NCBI GenBank assembly: GCA_964634365.1
Contig: CAZWJU010000002.1
Span: 103,150 to 167,149, forward strand
Direction of reading: 5' to 3'
From: an uncultured Candidatus Saccharibacteria bacterium
GTDB lineage: Bacteria > Patescibacteriota > Minisyncoccia > Phycocordibacterales > UBA9973
Length of the DNA: 64,000 nt
This document shows, in pieces, positions 1 through 8,241 of the stretch. The notes under the pieces are model-generated. The model saw only the letters and a program-made list of their open reading frames with translations, had not been told where the DNA came from and did not search any database. Numbering within the stretch: position 1 is the stretch's first letter; each line of letters starts with the position of its first letter. The translations under genes were made by a program, and so were the position numbers.

Positions 1-32
1 AGTGCGATGACGAGAAGTCGGTTTTCGCGCAT
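1..32 (-). CDS. N-terminal fragment of a paralogous secreted protein; the gene continues off the window edge. Start codon about 30-32.
   Basis: Reverse complement of 1-32 reads ATG CGC GAA AAC CGA CTT CTC GTC ATC GCA..., encoding MRENRLLVIAL. Nucleotides 1-29 are essentially identical to 1832-1861, which lie inside the signal peptide of the next gene. Confidence 0.4.
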   Translation of the reverse strand, partial: MRENRLLVIA

Positions 33-146
33 TGAAAAAGTGTAGAACTTATTGATTTTTAGTAAAATCTTTTGTCTAAACATCTACAAGCCTATTATAT
101 CTCAAAAAATATAATATATCCTCCTGTATATGTTTAAAACCGAGGA

Positions 147-1895
147 TTATTCTAGTACTGAATATGATTCTTCGGGAATTGGTTCAACTTCAGGTAGAGT
201 CTCTTCTTCTGGGGTGATTATTAATTCAGATTCTACACTAGGTTCTTCGTTTGGCAATTCAATTTCTCCATCTGGGTCTAAATCACCGTCTGGTAAAATT
301 TCTTCTGGAGTAGCTGGATCATTTTGATTTTCATCGGGAACACTATCTTCAGATGGCTGCTGAACAATCTCAGTATTATTATTTTGATTTACTATGTTTA
401 AAAATTCTTCTTCTGTTACACACACTTCTCCAACACATAACTTTTTTGTATGTATTTCACCTGCAAAAAAAGTCTGTACACCATTGGCAGTATCTGCAAA
501 CCACTTGATCATGATACTTGCGAGTGATTTTTCATTTTCAAGAGAAACAGATGAAATGTCTTGAACTGATATATCAAGTTCTTGTATGACCTTAACCAAT
601 TCCCATGTGCTTGGTATTTCAACAGTATAAAAACCATTTCCTCCCATTTTAACTAAATCTGGATAAATTTCTGCAACCTCCTGAGCAACAACTCCAACCA
701 TATGATCTCCTGAAGCACGCACATCATATTCACGAATATTGAATCCTCTAAAATATGGTAACAATGAATCTGCATCAACTATATTCTCTTTTAATCGCTC
801 ATCAGAAGAACATGTTACTGTTTCAGCTCCCGCTTCTGGGTTGTGAAGACATGCTCCATCTGAGTCAGTAAGTGCAAAAATATTTGTGTCTGCACCTGAA
901 TTCTCTACATCAAGAAGATAATCTGGAGTTGTATCGCCTATACCCACCTCGCCTGCTGCATCTATGCGAACACGCTCAGTACTTGCAGTTACTAAACCTA
1001 TCTCGTCTGTTGTCGCTCGATATAGACCATTATTCGTATCACCAACAAAACCAAAACCTGGGGTTGTAACTGAACCTGAACTTGCTTGAACCAAACCACC
1101 AGCAGTTAAAGCAGTGAGAGTGCTTCCACTGTTGTCGGTAACAGTGATAGCATTTGCAGTCTGGCTCGTTGCAAGATTAATCCATAACGGCATGATTCCT
1201 GCGGCACTAGAATAAATAGCCATTTCAACAGTGTTCGCACCTGGAGAAATACCAAGACCATCACCGTCTGAACTCACCACTAAATCAGTACCAGTAGAAT
1301 TATTAATACTTGTTTGACCCCCTGTGAGCATAAATGATCCAGATTCAATTGAAAAATAATAATCTTCTGTTGCCATATCTCCTAAATATATTGCTTCATC
1401 TGTATCTAGTTCAAAACGAGCGTTTGGCCCATCCCACCCAAGTATCGCCTTGCTTGCACTGGCATCCACAAAGTTTATCTGAGCTGTTTTATTCGTTCCT
1501 CCAGTATTAAATGTGAAAAGAGCACCACCACCAGTACCTGTTATGTCAAAAATAGTATCGGGGGTTGTAGTTCCGATTCCAAGTCTATTGTTTGTATCAT
1601 CCCAAAAGAAATTTGAATTATCCTGTGCAAGAATTCCTGATGTTCCTAAAAACAACACTGAACCGAGAGTCCCCGACCCAACAGTCTCCCCGATCGCCAT
1701 AGGTGTAACATAACAGTTTGCGTCACCAGGAGAACATGATGGATCATTTTCTTGGTCAGATGGAACAAATGGAGTTGTTGGATATGTAGCGAAAGCTTTT
1801 ATTGTTATAGAGAATACAAATAGAAAAAGAAGTGCGATGACGAGAAGTCGGTTTTCGCGAAATATATTTTCTTTGAATTTAATAAATTTTTTCAT
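147..1895 (-). CDS. Secreted fibre/tailspike-like protein with a C-terminal intramolecular chaperone (peptidase S74-like) domain and an acidic tail
   Basis: N-terminal signal/TM (MKKFIKFKENIF...LLFLFVFSITIKAFA). Gly/Thr/Ser-rich beta-rich body. The motif SSDERLKENIVDADSLLPYF...GVVAQEVAEIYPDLV...YTVEI...LVKVIQEL matches the S-D-x-R-L-K-x-N-I chaperone-of-endosialidase signature. Acidic C-terminal extension. Confidence 0.7.
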   Translation of the reverse strand: MKKFIKFKENIFRENRLLVIALLFLFVFSITIKAFATYPTTPFVPSDQENDPSCSPGDANCYVTPMAIGETVGSGTLGSVLFLGTSGILAQDNSNFFWDDTNNRLGIGTTTPDTIFDITGTGGGALFTFNTGGTNKTAQINFVDASASKAILGWDGPNARFELDTDEAIYLGDMATEDYYFSIESGSFMLTGGQTSINNSTGTDLVVSSDGDGLGISPGANTVEMAIYSSAAGIMPLWINLATSQTANAITVTDNSGSTLTALTAGGLVQASSGSVTTPGFGFVGDTNNGLYRATTDEIGLVTASTERVRIDAAGEVGIGDTTPDYLLDVENSGADTNIFALTDSDGACLHNPEAGAETVTCSSDERLKENIVDADSLLPYFRGFNIREYDVRASGDHMVGVVAQEVAEIYPDLVKMGGNGFYTVEIPSTWELVKVIQELDISVQDISSVSLENEKSLASIMIKWFADTANGVQTFFAGEIHTKKLCVGEVCVTEEEFLNIVNQNNNTEIVQQPSEDSVPDENQNDPATPEEILPDGDLDPDGEIELPNEEPSVESELIITPEEETLPEVEPIPEESYSVLE

Positions 1896-1901
1896 TTTAT
1901 T

Positions 1902-3791
1902 TTATACACTGAATACATCTCTAATGTGTCCATCCTTCACTTCAAATGCTAGAGAAACAAAAACTTTTGTATATGTAGAATCTGCATTTTTCTTCTCTAT
2001 TGTCACATAATAATTTCCATTTGAAATCAAACAGTAGTAGTGGCCTCTCGCATCAGAAACCTTGTGAGTAATTTCTTGATTATTGGATACAGAATACACG
2101 CGCAGAATTGCATATGATAGAGGTAGTCCTGTTGCTTTGTCTACAATACCTCCAAGTTTATGATTCTTGTACCCTACCTCTCTCAAAATAAACAAAAGTA
2201 TATATAGAGCAAATATAATTATGTTGTATAAAACAGGCGAAACCAAAAAGGCAATAAATGCTATGAAGAAACCGGCAGCAAAAAGAGTGTCTGATATTTG
2301 TCTAAAAATAGCATCGCGTCTTGAATAAAACTTCATCAATTTCTGTTGTTTTTTAGCAAATTCATTCCAATCGAAGTTGATCGGATCCATAGGGATATTT
2401 TTTGTTATAGGAGAATTCTCTGTAACCTCCAAGTCTTCACCAAAATACAAGTCTTGATATAGTTCGTCTTTTTTCTGTCCTGCTAATTTTTCTGAAGGAA
2501 ACTTATAGTTAGTTTTATTGGCAACTATTTTATAAGTCCCACTAGGTACCAAAAATCCAAAACGCCCATCTAGATCGGTTATAGATGTAGAAACTTCAGT
2601 TCCATATTTGTCGTACAAAACAACATAAGCAGGATCAAGTGGCTGCTTTGTTATAGAGTCATATACAGTTCCCCATGGTGGACGACGTTTCGATAGACCA
2701 AAAGCTGCTAGTAGTAGTGACCACAATCTAAAAGGTATGAAAACAAGTTCAGAGAGCGAAAGTGGATTCATAAATAGCAGTGAGGCAATAGATATAACCG
2801 CACTGGTTGTCAAAGCAAAACCAGTAAAAATCTTTGTAGCAAGACCTCCACTTTCGCTGTTTATATAATCCTCTATTCCTCCTGGTATACCATCTGTAAA
2901 ATCAATTCCTCCGTCTGTAATACAATCAATTCCTACGCAAATCTCTGGATCTGTAGGTGGGGGTACACAATCAGCACCGACACAAGTCTCTGGAGGATTG
3001 CACTCTTCACCTACACAACCAATCGGCGCATAATCACAAGGTGATGGACTGCCATAGTTTGTTGCAAACAAATCTTCACAGATATTTTCTTCTTCCGGTG
3101 GATTACAATCTTCACCTACACAGCCAACTGGTGCATAATCACAAGGCGAAGGCCCACCAAAATTTGTTGCTGCAACATCAGAACAGATAGAGATTGTGTA
3201 AGTACAAGGCAGTGCTCCGCCATAGTTTGCTGCATTCGTATCAGAACATAAACTAGGAGGATTACCGCCTCCACCTCCACCCGTAGTATCTCCATCTCTA
3301 GCATCTTTAGGTCTCCAATCAGTTTTCACACAAGCATCAGCGACTCCACAATCAAACTGAATCCAACCATAGTTTTCGCTCCATGCAAAACCTACAAATT
3401 CCCCGTCCATATCTATATAAACTTCTTGTGTAGAACTATTCGAGAAAGGGCCGAAGTTTATCCAGCCAGCAGCCTCACCCCATGCATATCCAGAAAGCTG
3501 ACCTCGAGAAGAATCTGTGTCTGGATCATTCAATACACCTCCTGAGTTAGGATCTAAGTGAATCCATCCTAGACTAGGACCCCAGATATCTCCAGTTACA
3601 GCGTCATCAGTTATAAGAACATCTTCTGCGCCAGCATTGCCAGGAACAAGCCAGTAAATCAATTGGCCGTGTGTGTATATTTTTGAAGTATAACTATCTA
3701 CATCGATAGTACCCTCTTCTTCAGAAGCAACTGCAGAAAAAACATTTAGAAAAAATATTGATATTATAAATAAAAATAAAATTTTCTTCAT
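1902..3791 (-). CDS. Large secreted, membrane-anchored protein. N-terminal repeats AW(G/S)E..GWI.F, tandem Cys-rich repeats about 35 aa long, TM segments, and a C-terminal CarboxypepD_reg-like beta domain.
   Basis: Signal peptide MKKILFLFIISIFFLNVFSAVASE. Repeats GYAWGEAAGWINF / GFAWSENYGWIQFD. Tandem repeats ATNFGGPSPCDYAPVGCVGEDCNPPEEENICEDLF x2-3. Hydrophobic helices. C-terminal GTYKIVANKTNYKF-like beta-sandwich motif. Confidence 0.6.
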   Translation of the reverse strand: MKKILFLFIISIFFLNVFSAVASEEEGTIDVDSYTSKIYTHGQLIYWLVPGNAGAEDVLITDDAVTGDIWGPSLGWIHLDPNSGGVLNDPDTDSSRGQLSGYAWGEAAGWINFGPFSNSSTQEVYIDMDGEFVGFAWSENYGWIQFDCGVADACVKTDWRPKDARDGDTTGGGGGGNPPSLCSDTNAANYGGALPCTYTISICSDVAATNFGGPSPCDYAPVGCVGEDCNPPEEENICEDLFATNYGSPSPCDYAPIGCVGEECNPPETCVGADCVPPPTDPEICVGIDCITDGGIDFTDGIPGGIEDYINSESGGLATKIFTGFALTTSAVISIASLLFMNPLSLSELVFIPFRLWSLLLAAFGLSKRRPPWGTVYDSITKQPLDPAYVVLYDKYGTEVSTSITDLDGRFGFLVPSGTYKIVANKTNYKFPSEKLAGQKKDELYQDLYFGEDLEVTENSPITKNIPMDPINFDWNEFAKKQQKLMKFYSRRDAIFRQISDTLFAAGFFIAFIAFLVSPVLYNIIIFALYILLFILREVGYKNHKLGGIVDKATGLPLSYAILRVYSVSNNQEITHKVSDARGHYYCLISNGNYYVTIEKKNADSTYTKVFVSLAFEVKDGHIRDVFSV

Positions 3792-3801
3792 GAAGATTGA
3801 T

Positions 3802-4419
3802 TTAAAATCCAGTTAATACTCCAAACAGCCACAGTAAAATAGGCGAAACATACTTCCATATAAAAACAATAAAAAATATTAGTATCACTAACGCGAAACG
3901 CTCCATGAAAATTTCAACGTTTCTATATCTGGCTGGCAAAAATGCGAACAGGATCTTTGAGCCATCGAGCGGAGGGATAGGTATTAGATTGAAAATAAAT
4001 AAAACTAGATTTACTAAAACAATAGCTCCTAATATAGATACAAATGTACTACCAAAAACACCCGCTACCCCAAGTATTCTTATGACAATCGAAAATATAA
4101 CTGCTAGCGACAGGTTCGCCAATACTCCTGCAGAAGCCACAAAAACTGTACCCCATTTTTTATCTCGAAGATTGTTCGGATTGTATGGAACGGGCTTTGC
4201 CCAGCCAAACACAAAACCAGTATTTGATATAACTAACAAAAGAGGTATTAGAACTGAACCGATAGGGTCTAAGTGCTTGATTGGATTCAAGGTCAATCTA
4301 CCTGCTAGTCTTGCTGTTGGATCACCCAATTTTTCAGCTGCAAAACCATGAGCCACTTCGTGGACCACTACAGACATCAAAAGTATTAAAACATAAAAAA
4401 TTGCGTCTAGTTCTTGCAT
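3802..4419 (-). CDS. Site-2 protease family (peptidase M50) zinc metalloprotease
   Basis: HEVAHGF zinc-binding motif in the first TM, and a polytopic profile that includes NLIPIPPLDG. Confidence 0.8.
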   Translation of the reverse strand: MQELDAIFYVLILLMSVVVHEVAHGFAAEKLGDPTARLAGRLTLNPIKHLDPIGSVLIPLLLVISNTGFVFGWAKPVPYNPNNLRDKKWGTVFVASAGVLANLSLAVIFSIVIRILGVAGVFGSTFVSILGAIVLVNLVLFIFNLIPIPPLDGSKILFAFLPARYRNVEIFMERFALVILIFFIVFIWKYVSPILLWLFGVLTGF

Positions 4420-4594
4420 TCTATATGGAACAGTTTGCAGTCAATGCATTTTGACTGTTCAAATTAAGTAAATTAATGATTGAATTGATAAAAAGCCAGA
4501 TCTCCCATACCTTGTGACCGCGAACCTGGTACGGGATTGCATATCAATACTATATATGATAACATGCAAAAGCTTATATCTTAAGTGAATATTT

Positions 4595-4840
4595 ATGTCA
4601 AAACAATGCGCAGTCACAAAAAGAAATAGTATTACAGCAGGTAAATACGCGAATCGCACTCGTGCGACGATCTTTACCCCTACCGGCAAAACTCGCCGTT
4701 ATGTAAACCTACAAAAGAAGCGAATTTATGTACCCGAAATTGGCAAGACTCTAAACCTAACAGTATCAACAAGAGGCCTACGCACAATAAACAAAAACGG
4801 TGCATACGCTACTTTGAAAAAAGCTGGAGTAATAAAATAA
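4595..4840 (+). CDS. rpmB: 50S ribosomal protein L28
   Basis: 81 aa basic protein. MSKQCAVTKRNSITAGKYANRTRA...RRYVNLQKKRIYVPE...TRGLRTINKNG matches the bL28 pattern. Confidence 0.85.
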   Translation: MSKQCAVTKRNSITAGKYANRTRATIFTPTGKTRRYVNLQKKRIYVPEIGKTLNLTVSTRGLRTINKNGAYATLKKAGVIK

Positions 4841-4842
4841 AA

Positions 4843-4876
4843 AAACTCTCACTACAAAGTGAGAGTTTTTTTATTT
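4843..4876. terminator. Rho-independent terminator between rpmB (+) and the MBL gene (-). Bidirectional.
   Basis: aaaaaactctcact-acaa-agtgagagttttttt; a perfect 10-bp stem flanked by an A-run and a T-run. Confidence 0.7.
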
Positions 4877-5731
4877 ACACACAAACTCTACCCCGTCGCT
4901 TTGGCAATTTATTGTCCCATCATACATCGTCACAAAATACGGAATATTAAAACTTGTGAGTCTGTCTGTTACATCTTTTTTAGGATGACCATATCTGTTA
5001 TTTAGACCAGCCGATATGATTGCAAGTTTTGGGCGAGCTTCTTCTAAAAGAGGCGTTCCTGTAGAAGTAGATGATCCGTGGTGTCCCACCTTCAATATAT
5101 CCGTACCAGACAAATCACTCCCAGATACTACAATACCCTCAGTCAGTTTAGTCCCATCTCCAGTAAATAAAACTGAAGTGTCATCATATACCAATCTGCC
5201 AACAAGAGAGCCGTCATTTGAAGACCATTTTGATACATCTCTGTCTGGAAATAAAATTTCAAAATATATATTTCTATTTTCGTCTAAAACAACACGGTCA
5301 CCCTTTTTGGCGATTATGTGTGGGATATTTTCATTTTTTATTTTATCTTCAAGCTCTTTGTACATACTTGTACTAGAGCTAGTACCAGCTTCTAAAACAG
5401 CACCAATTTTGTGACTATCGAGCAGTGCTAGAAAACCACTATAATGATCGAGGTCTGGATTGGTAACAACAATCACATCTATAGTCTTATCGCCATACGA
5501 CATAACTTCTGGTAACGCTCGCAAAATAGACTGATTTGGACCACCGTCGATTATCATCTGCTTGCCGTTTGGAGATTCGATATATATCGAATCTCCTTGC
5601 CCTATGTCTAAAAATGAAACCTTTAAAATATCACTCTCCTTCACAGGACTACTAATATAGGATTGTGACCAAACAACTGCACAAAATAAAAATAGGAGTG
5701 CAAATATGGTTAAAATCTGTCTATTTTTCAC
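4871..5731 (-). CDS. ComEC/Rec2-type metallo-beta-lactamase fold protein, stand-alone and secreted/anchored
   Basis: N-terminal TM. LDIGQGDSIYIE...IIDGG and ILKVGHHGSSTSTG motifs are typical of the ComEC C-terminal MBL domain. Confidence 0.75.
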   Translation of the reverse strand: MKNRQILTIFALLFLFCAVVWSQSYISSPVKESDILKVSFLDIGQGDSIYIESPNGKQMIIDGGPNQSILRALPEVMSYGDKTIDVIVVTNPDLDHYSGFLALLDSHKIGAVLEAGTSSSTSMYKELEDKIKNENIPHIIAKKGDRVVLDENRNIYFEILFPDRDVSKWSSNDGSLVGRLVYDDTSVLFTGDGTKLTEGIVVSGSDLSGTDILKVGHHGSSTSTGTPLLEEARPKLAIISAGLNNRYGHPKKDVTDRLTSFNIPYFVTMYDGTINCQSDGVEFVCK

Positions 5732-5804
5732 AGATTAAATTATAACAAAATCAATAAATCTGGATATGGTAGAATAAAAAGTATTAGCAATAAACCTAAA
5801 AAAT

Positions 5805-6389
5805 ATGTTTACACCAAAAACTTTCAATATTCCCGAGCTAAAAGGAATAAGTAAAAAAACTATCGATGAGCACATAAAACTCTACGAGGGGTATGTGAAG
5901 AATGCCAACGCGATAATAGAAAAAATGTCGACTATCGATAGTGAAAAAGATGCATATATCACAGGCGAACTTTTTCGCAGATTTAGTTTTGAATACAACG
6001 GTATGCGAAACCATGAAGTATATTTCTCATCCCTAGAAGCCGGATCAGTCACTTTTAACCCAGAAGGCAACTTAGGTAAAAGACTTGTCGAACTTTTCGG
6101 ATCATATGAGAACTTCGTAAAAGAATTCTCTGCACTTGCACTCACTCGTGGCATCGGCTGGGCGGTGCTATGGTATGACAGAAAAGAAGATAAGTTTCTT
6201 GCCTCATGGGTAGATGAACAACACCTTGGACAACTAAACGGCTGTGCGATGATACTAGGGCTCGACATGTGGGAGCACTCTTATGTTGCTGACTATCAAC
6301 CAAGTGGCAAAAAACAGTATGTTGCAGATTTCTTCACAAATCTAAATTGGAAAGTAATAGAGGAAAATTATTTGTCTGCAGTAAAATAA
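5805..6389 (+). CDS. Fe/Mn superoxide dismutase family protein. The first His motif is partly degenerate.
   Basis: 194 aa. C-terminal LGLDMWEHSYVADYQ corresponds to SOD DVWEHAYY, and GMRNHEVYF to the NHxxFW region. The HHxKHH block appears as DEHIKLY. Confidence 0.6.
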   Translation: MFTPKTFNIPELKGISKKTIDEHIKLYEGYVKNANAIIEKMSTIDSEKDAYITGELFRRFSFEYNGMRNHEVYFSSLEAGSVTFNPEGNLGKRLVELFGSYENFVKEFSALALTRGIGWAVLWYDRKEDKFLASWVDEQHLGQLNGCAMILGLDMWEHSYVADYQPSGKKQYVADFFTNLNWKVIEENYLSAVK

Positions 6390-6400
6390 AAATCTACAAA

Positions 6401-6428
6401 TCAAAAAACCGCTTGTTCACGCGGTTTT
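6401..6428. terminator. Rho-independent terminator after the SOD-like gene
   Basis: aaaaaaccgc-ttgttcac-gcggtttttt. Confidence 0.65.
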
Positions 6429-6467
6429 TTGTATATAGATATAAAATTTAAATAACTATCGACAAAT

Positions 6468-7115
6468 CTATTCCAACCCATCAAATCGAAGGGTCATGGT
6501 TGTGTGATCTTTGAAGATAACACTCACATCAGTCCCTGTTGGTTCGTGGATCATCGAAACATTGAAAGTATATCTTGAGTTGTCTCCTATGTACTCACTC
6601 CACTCTTCCCAAAGTAACTTGTTGGTATTGAAAATAGTTCTCTTTCCATCTTCGTACCAGTAAAATATATCTTTGTAGACGACAGTTTCTCCTGTGTCGG
6701 GCAAAGTGAGATAGAAATCTATATTGTGTAGATCAATAGTTGTTCCTGTTTCTTCTTCAATATACGGAATAATAGTCCGGCGAAATTTTGGTGCGATCTG
6801 GTGGTCAAATATCACTACACCGTCAGCACATTTGAGCGTACCGTCTGGATTGATAAATCTCTCTGGGTGCAAATAGTCGTCAGGTGTACCGTTACTACAA
6901 TCGCGACTAGTGTCTGCACTAGGCGCAGTATCTATTCCTTTTTCAGAAGTTATAATCTCAGCATTTTCAAAAGTTTGCTGAGACAGACTGTTTTTGTTTT
7001 TCTTAACAGAGATATTTTCATCAGAACCTCTAAACAAAACAAAGATCAAAACTAAGGCAAGAATACCTAGAAAGCCTGACAAAATTATTATTATTTTATT
7101 ATGAGAAATTTTCAT
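6468..7115 (-). CDS. Hypothetical membrane-anchored extracellular protein
   Basis: N-terminal TM helix followed by a hydrophilic Cys-containing domain. No recognisable motif. Confidence 0.5.
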   Translation of the reverse strand: MKISHNKIIIILSGFLGILALVLIFVLFRGSDENISVKKNKNSLSQQTFENAEIITSEKGIDTAPSADTSRDCSNGTPDDYLHPERFINPDGTLKCADGVVIFDHQIAPKFRRTIIPYIEEETGTTIDLHNIDFYLTLPDTGETVVYKDIFYWYEDGKRTIFNTNKLLWEEWSEYIGDNSRYTFNVSMIHEPTGTDVSVIFKDHTTMTLRFDGLE

Positions 7116-7117
7116 GT

Positions 7118-8218
7118 TTAACTATTGGTATTTATAAAGCTAATAACTTCATCGAGATAGCGCGCGAGAAGACCCCCGACATGGGCCAAATCTGACGCAA
7201 CATAAATATCACTAGGTACACCCACCACAGAAAGTTTCTGATCTAATGTTGTTGCTTGTATCGTTGGAACACTTCTATCCTTATCTCCATGAAGTATCAA
7301 AAATGGTGAGTCGCCACTTGTGATGTATGTCTCTGCAGATAATGCTTTATATTCATCTTCACATTCTGTACTTGGTACGGGCGAACAACCCACCTCGTTA
7401 CCAATAGAATTTTTGATTCCACCTGACATTGTATCTACAATAGATGCAACATAGCTTCCAGAAATATTTATAACACCAGCAATATTGCTGTTATATCCAT
7501 TGTTCCCACCGATAGTGCCTTCAAGTGTTGTATTTCCTTCTGTTACACCCATAAGTGAAGCGAGTACTCCACCTGCTGACTCACCTAACGTGAAAAATGC
7601 ATTTGGGTCTACATTGTAATCATTTGCATGCGCCTTCATATAGCGAGCAACTCCCTTGATATCGTTAAGTGGCGCCGGGAAAACAGCTGTACCAGAAAGT
7701 CTGTAATCTATAGCCACAACTGCAGTTCCATGTTTGGCGAGCATGAGGGCATCATCTGCAACGCCGTTTTTACTTCCACCCTTAAAACCTCCTCCGTGAA
7801 TATATAAAACCAAAGGTGTTGGATTAGAAACATTGTTTGGAGTATAGATATCAATTTTTAGATTCATTCCACTACCTGTTCCATACACAATATCTTTTTT
7901 GGTAGTAACAGAATAATCTTCACTATATGAAAGAGCTCCAGTAGCTGTAGAGCCGGAACCAGCAGAAATTCCAGAAGAATCGCTTGTTTGCGTATTGTTT
8001 CCAGTATCTGTATCAGTATCTTCTTCCGTTGTGCTATCTACCTCTTCTGTGTTTTTATAATTATCTATTTTCTTCTCTATTTGTCTTGCAATTTTTGCAT
8101 TTGTTACAAAAAGGGCAATTAGTATTCCAATAATTATTAAAAAAATAAAACCAACAATAGAGAGCTTAAGCTTCTTATTGCCTTCAGGGGTTTCTATATT
8201 AGGTGTTATGTTATCCAT
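7118..8218 (-). CDS. Membrane-anchored alpha/beta-hydrolase (esterase/lipase, Abhydrolase_3-like)
   Basis: LYIHGGGFKGG oxyanion-hole HGGG motif, GESAGG nucleophile elbow, and an N-terminal TM. Confidence 0.75.
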   Translation of the reverse strand: MDNITPNIETPEGNKKLKLSIVGFIFLIIIGILIALFVTNAKIARQIEKKIDNYKNTEEVDSTTEEDTDTDTGNNTQTSDSSGISAGSGSTATGALSYSEDYSVTTKKDIVYGTGSGMNLKIDIYTPNNVSNPTPLVLYIHGGGFKGGSKNGVADDALMLAKHGTAVVAIDYRLSGTAVFPAPLNDIKGVARYMKAHANDYNVDPNAFFTLGESAGGVLASLMGVTEGNTTLEGTIGGNNGYNSNIAGVINISGSYVASIVDTMSGGIKNSIGNEVGCSPVPSTECEDEYKALSAETYITSGDSPFLILHGDKDRSVPTIQATTLDQKLSVVGVPSDIYVASDLAHVGGLLARYLDEVISFINTNS

Positions 8219-8241
8219 ACCTACAAGTATATTATAAAAAA

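Noticed and set aside
3905-4351. Antisense ORFs overlapping strong genes (3905-4351 +, 5016-5414 +, 5882-6268 -, 20807-21445 +, 33531-34025 +, 59362-59781 + and similar)
   Set aside because: Each lies entirely inside a longer ORF on the other strand that has clear homology or coding features. They are typical shadow ORFs.
4459-4689. 76-aa minus-strand ORF overlapping the rpmB start region
   Set aside because: It overlaps the clearly homologous rpmB gene and its promoter region, and has no coding features.
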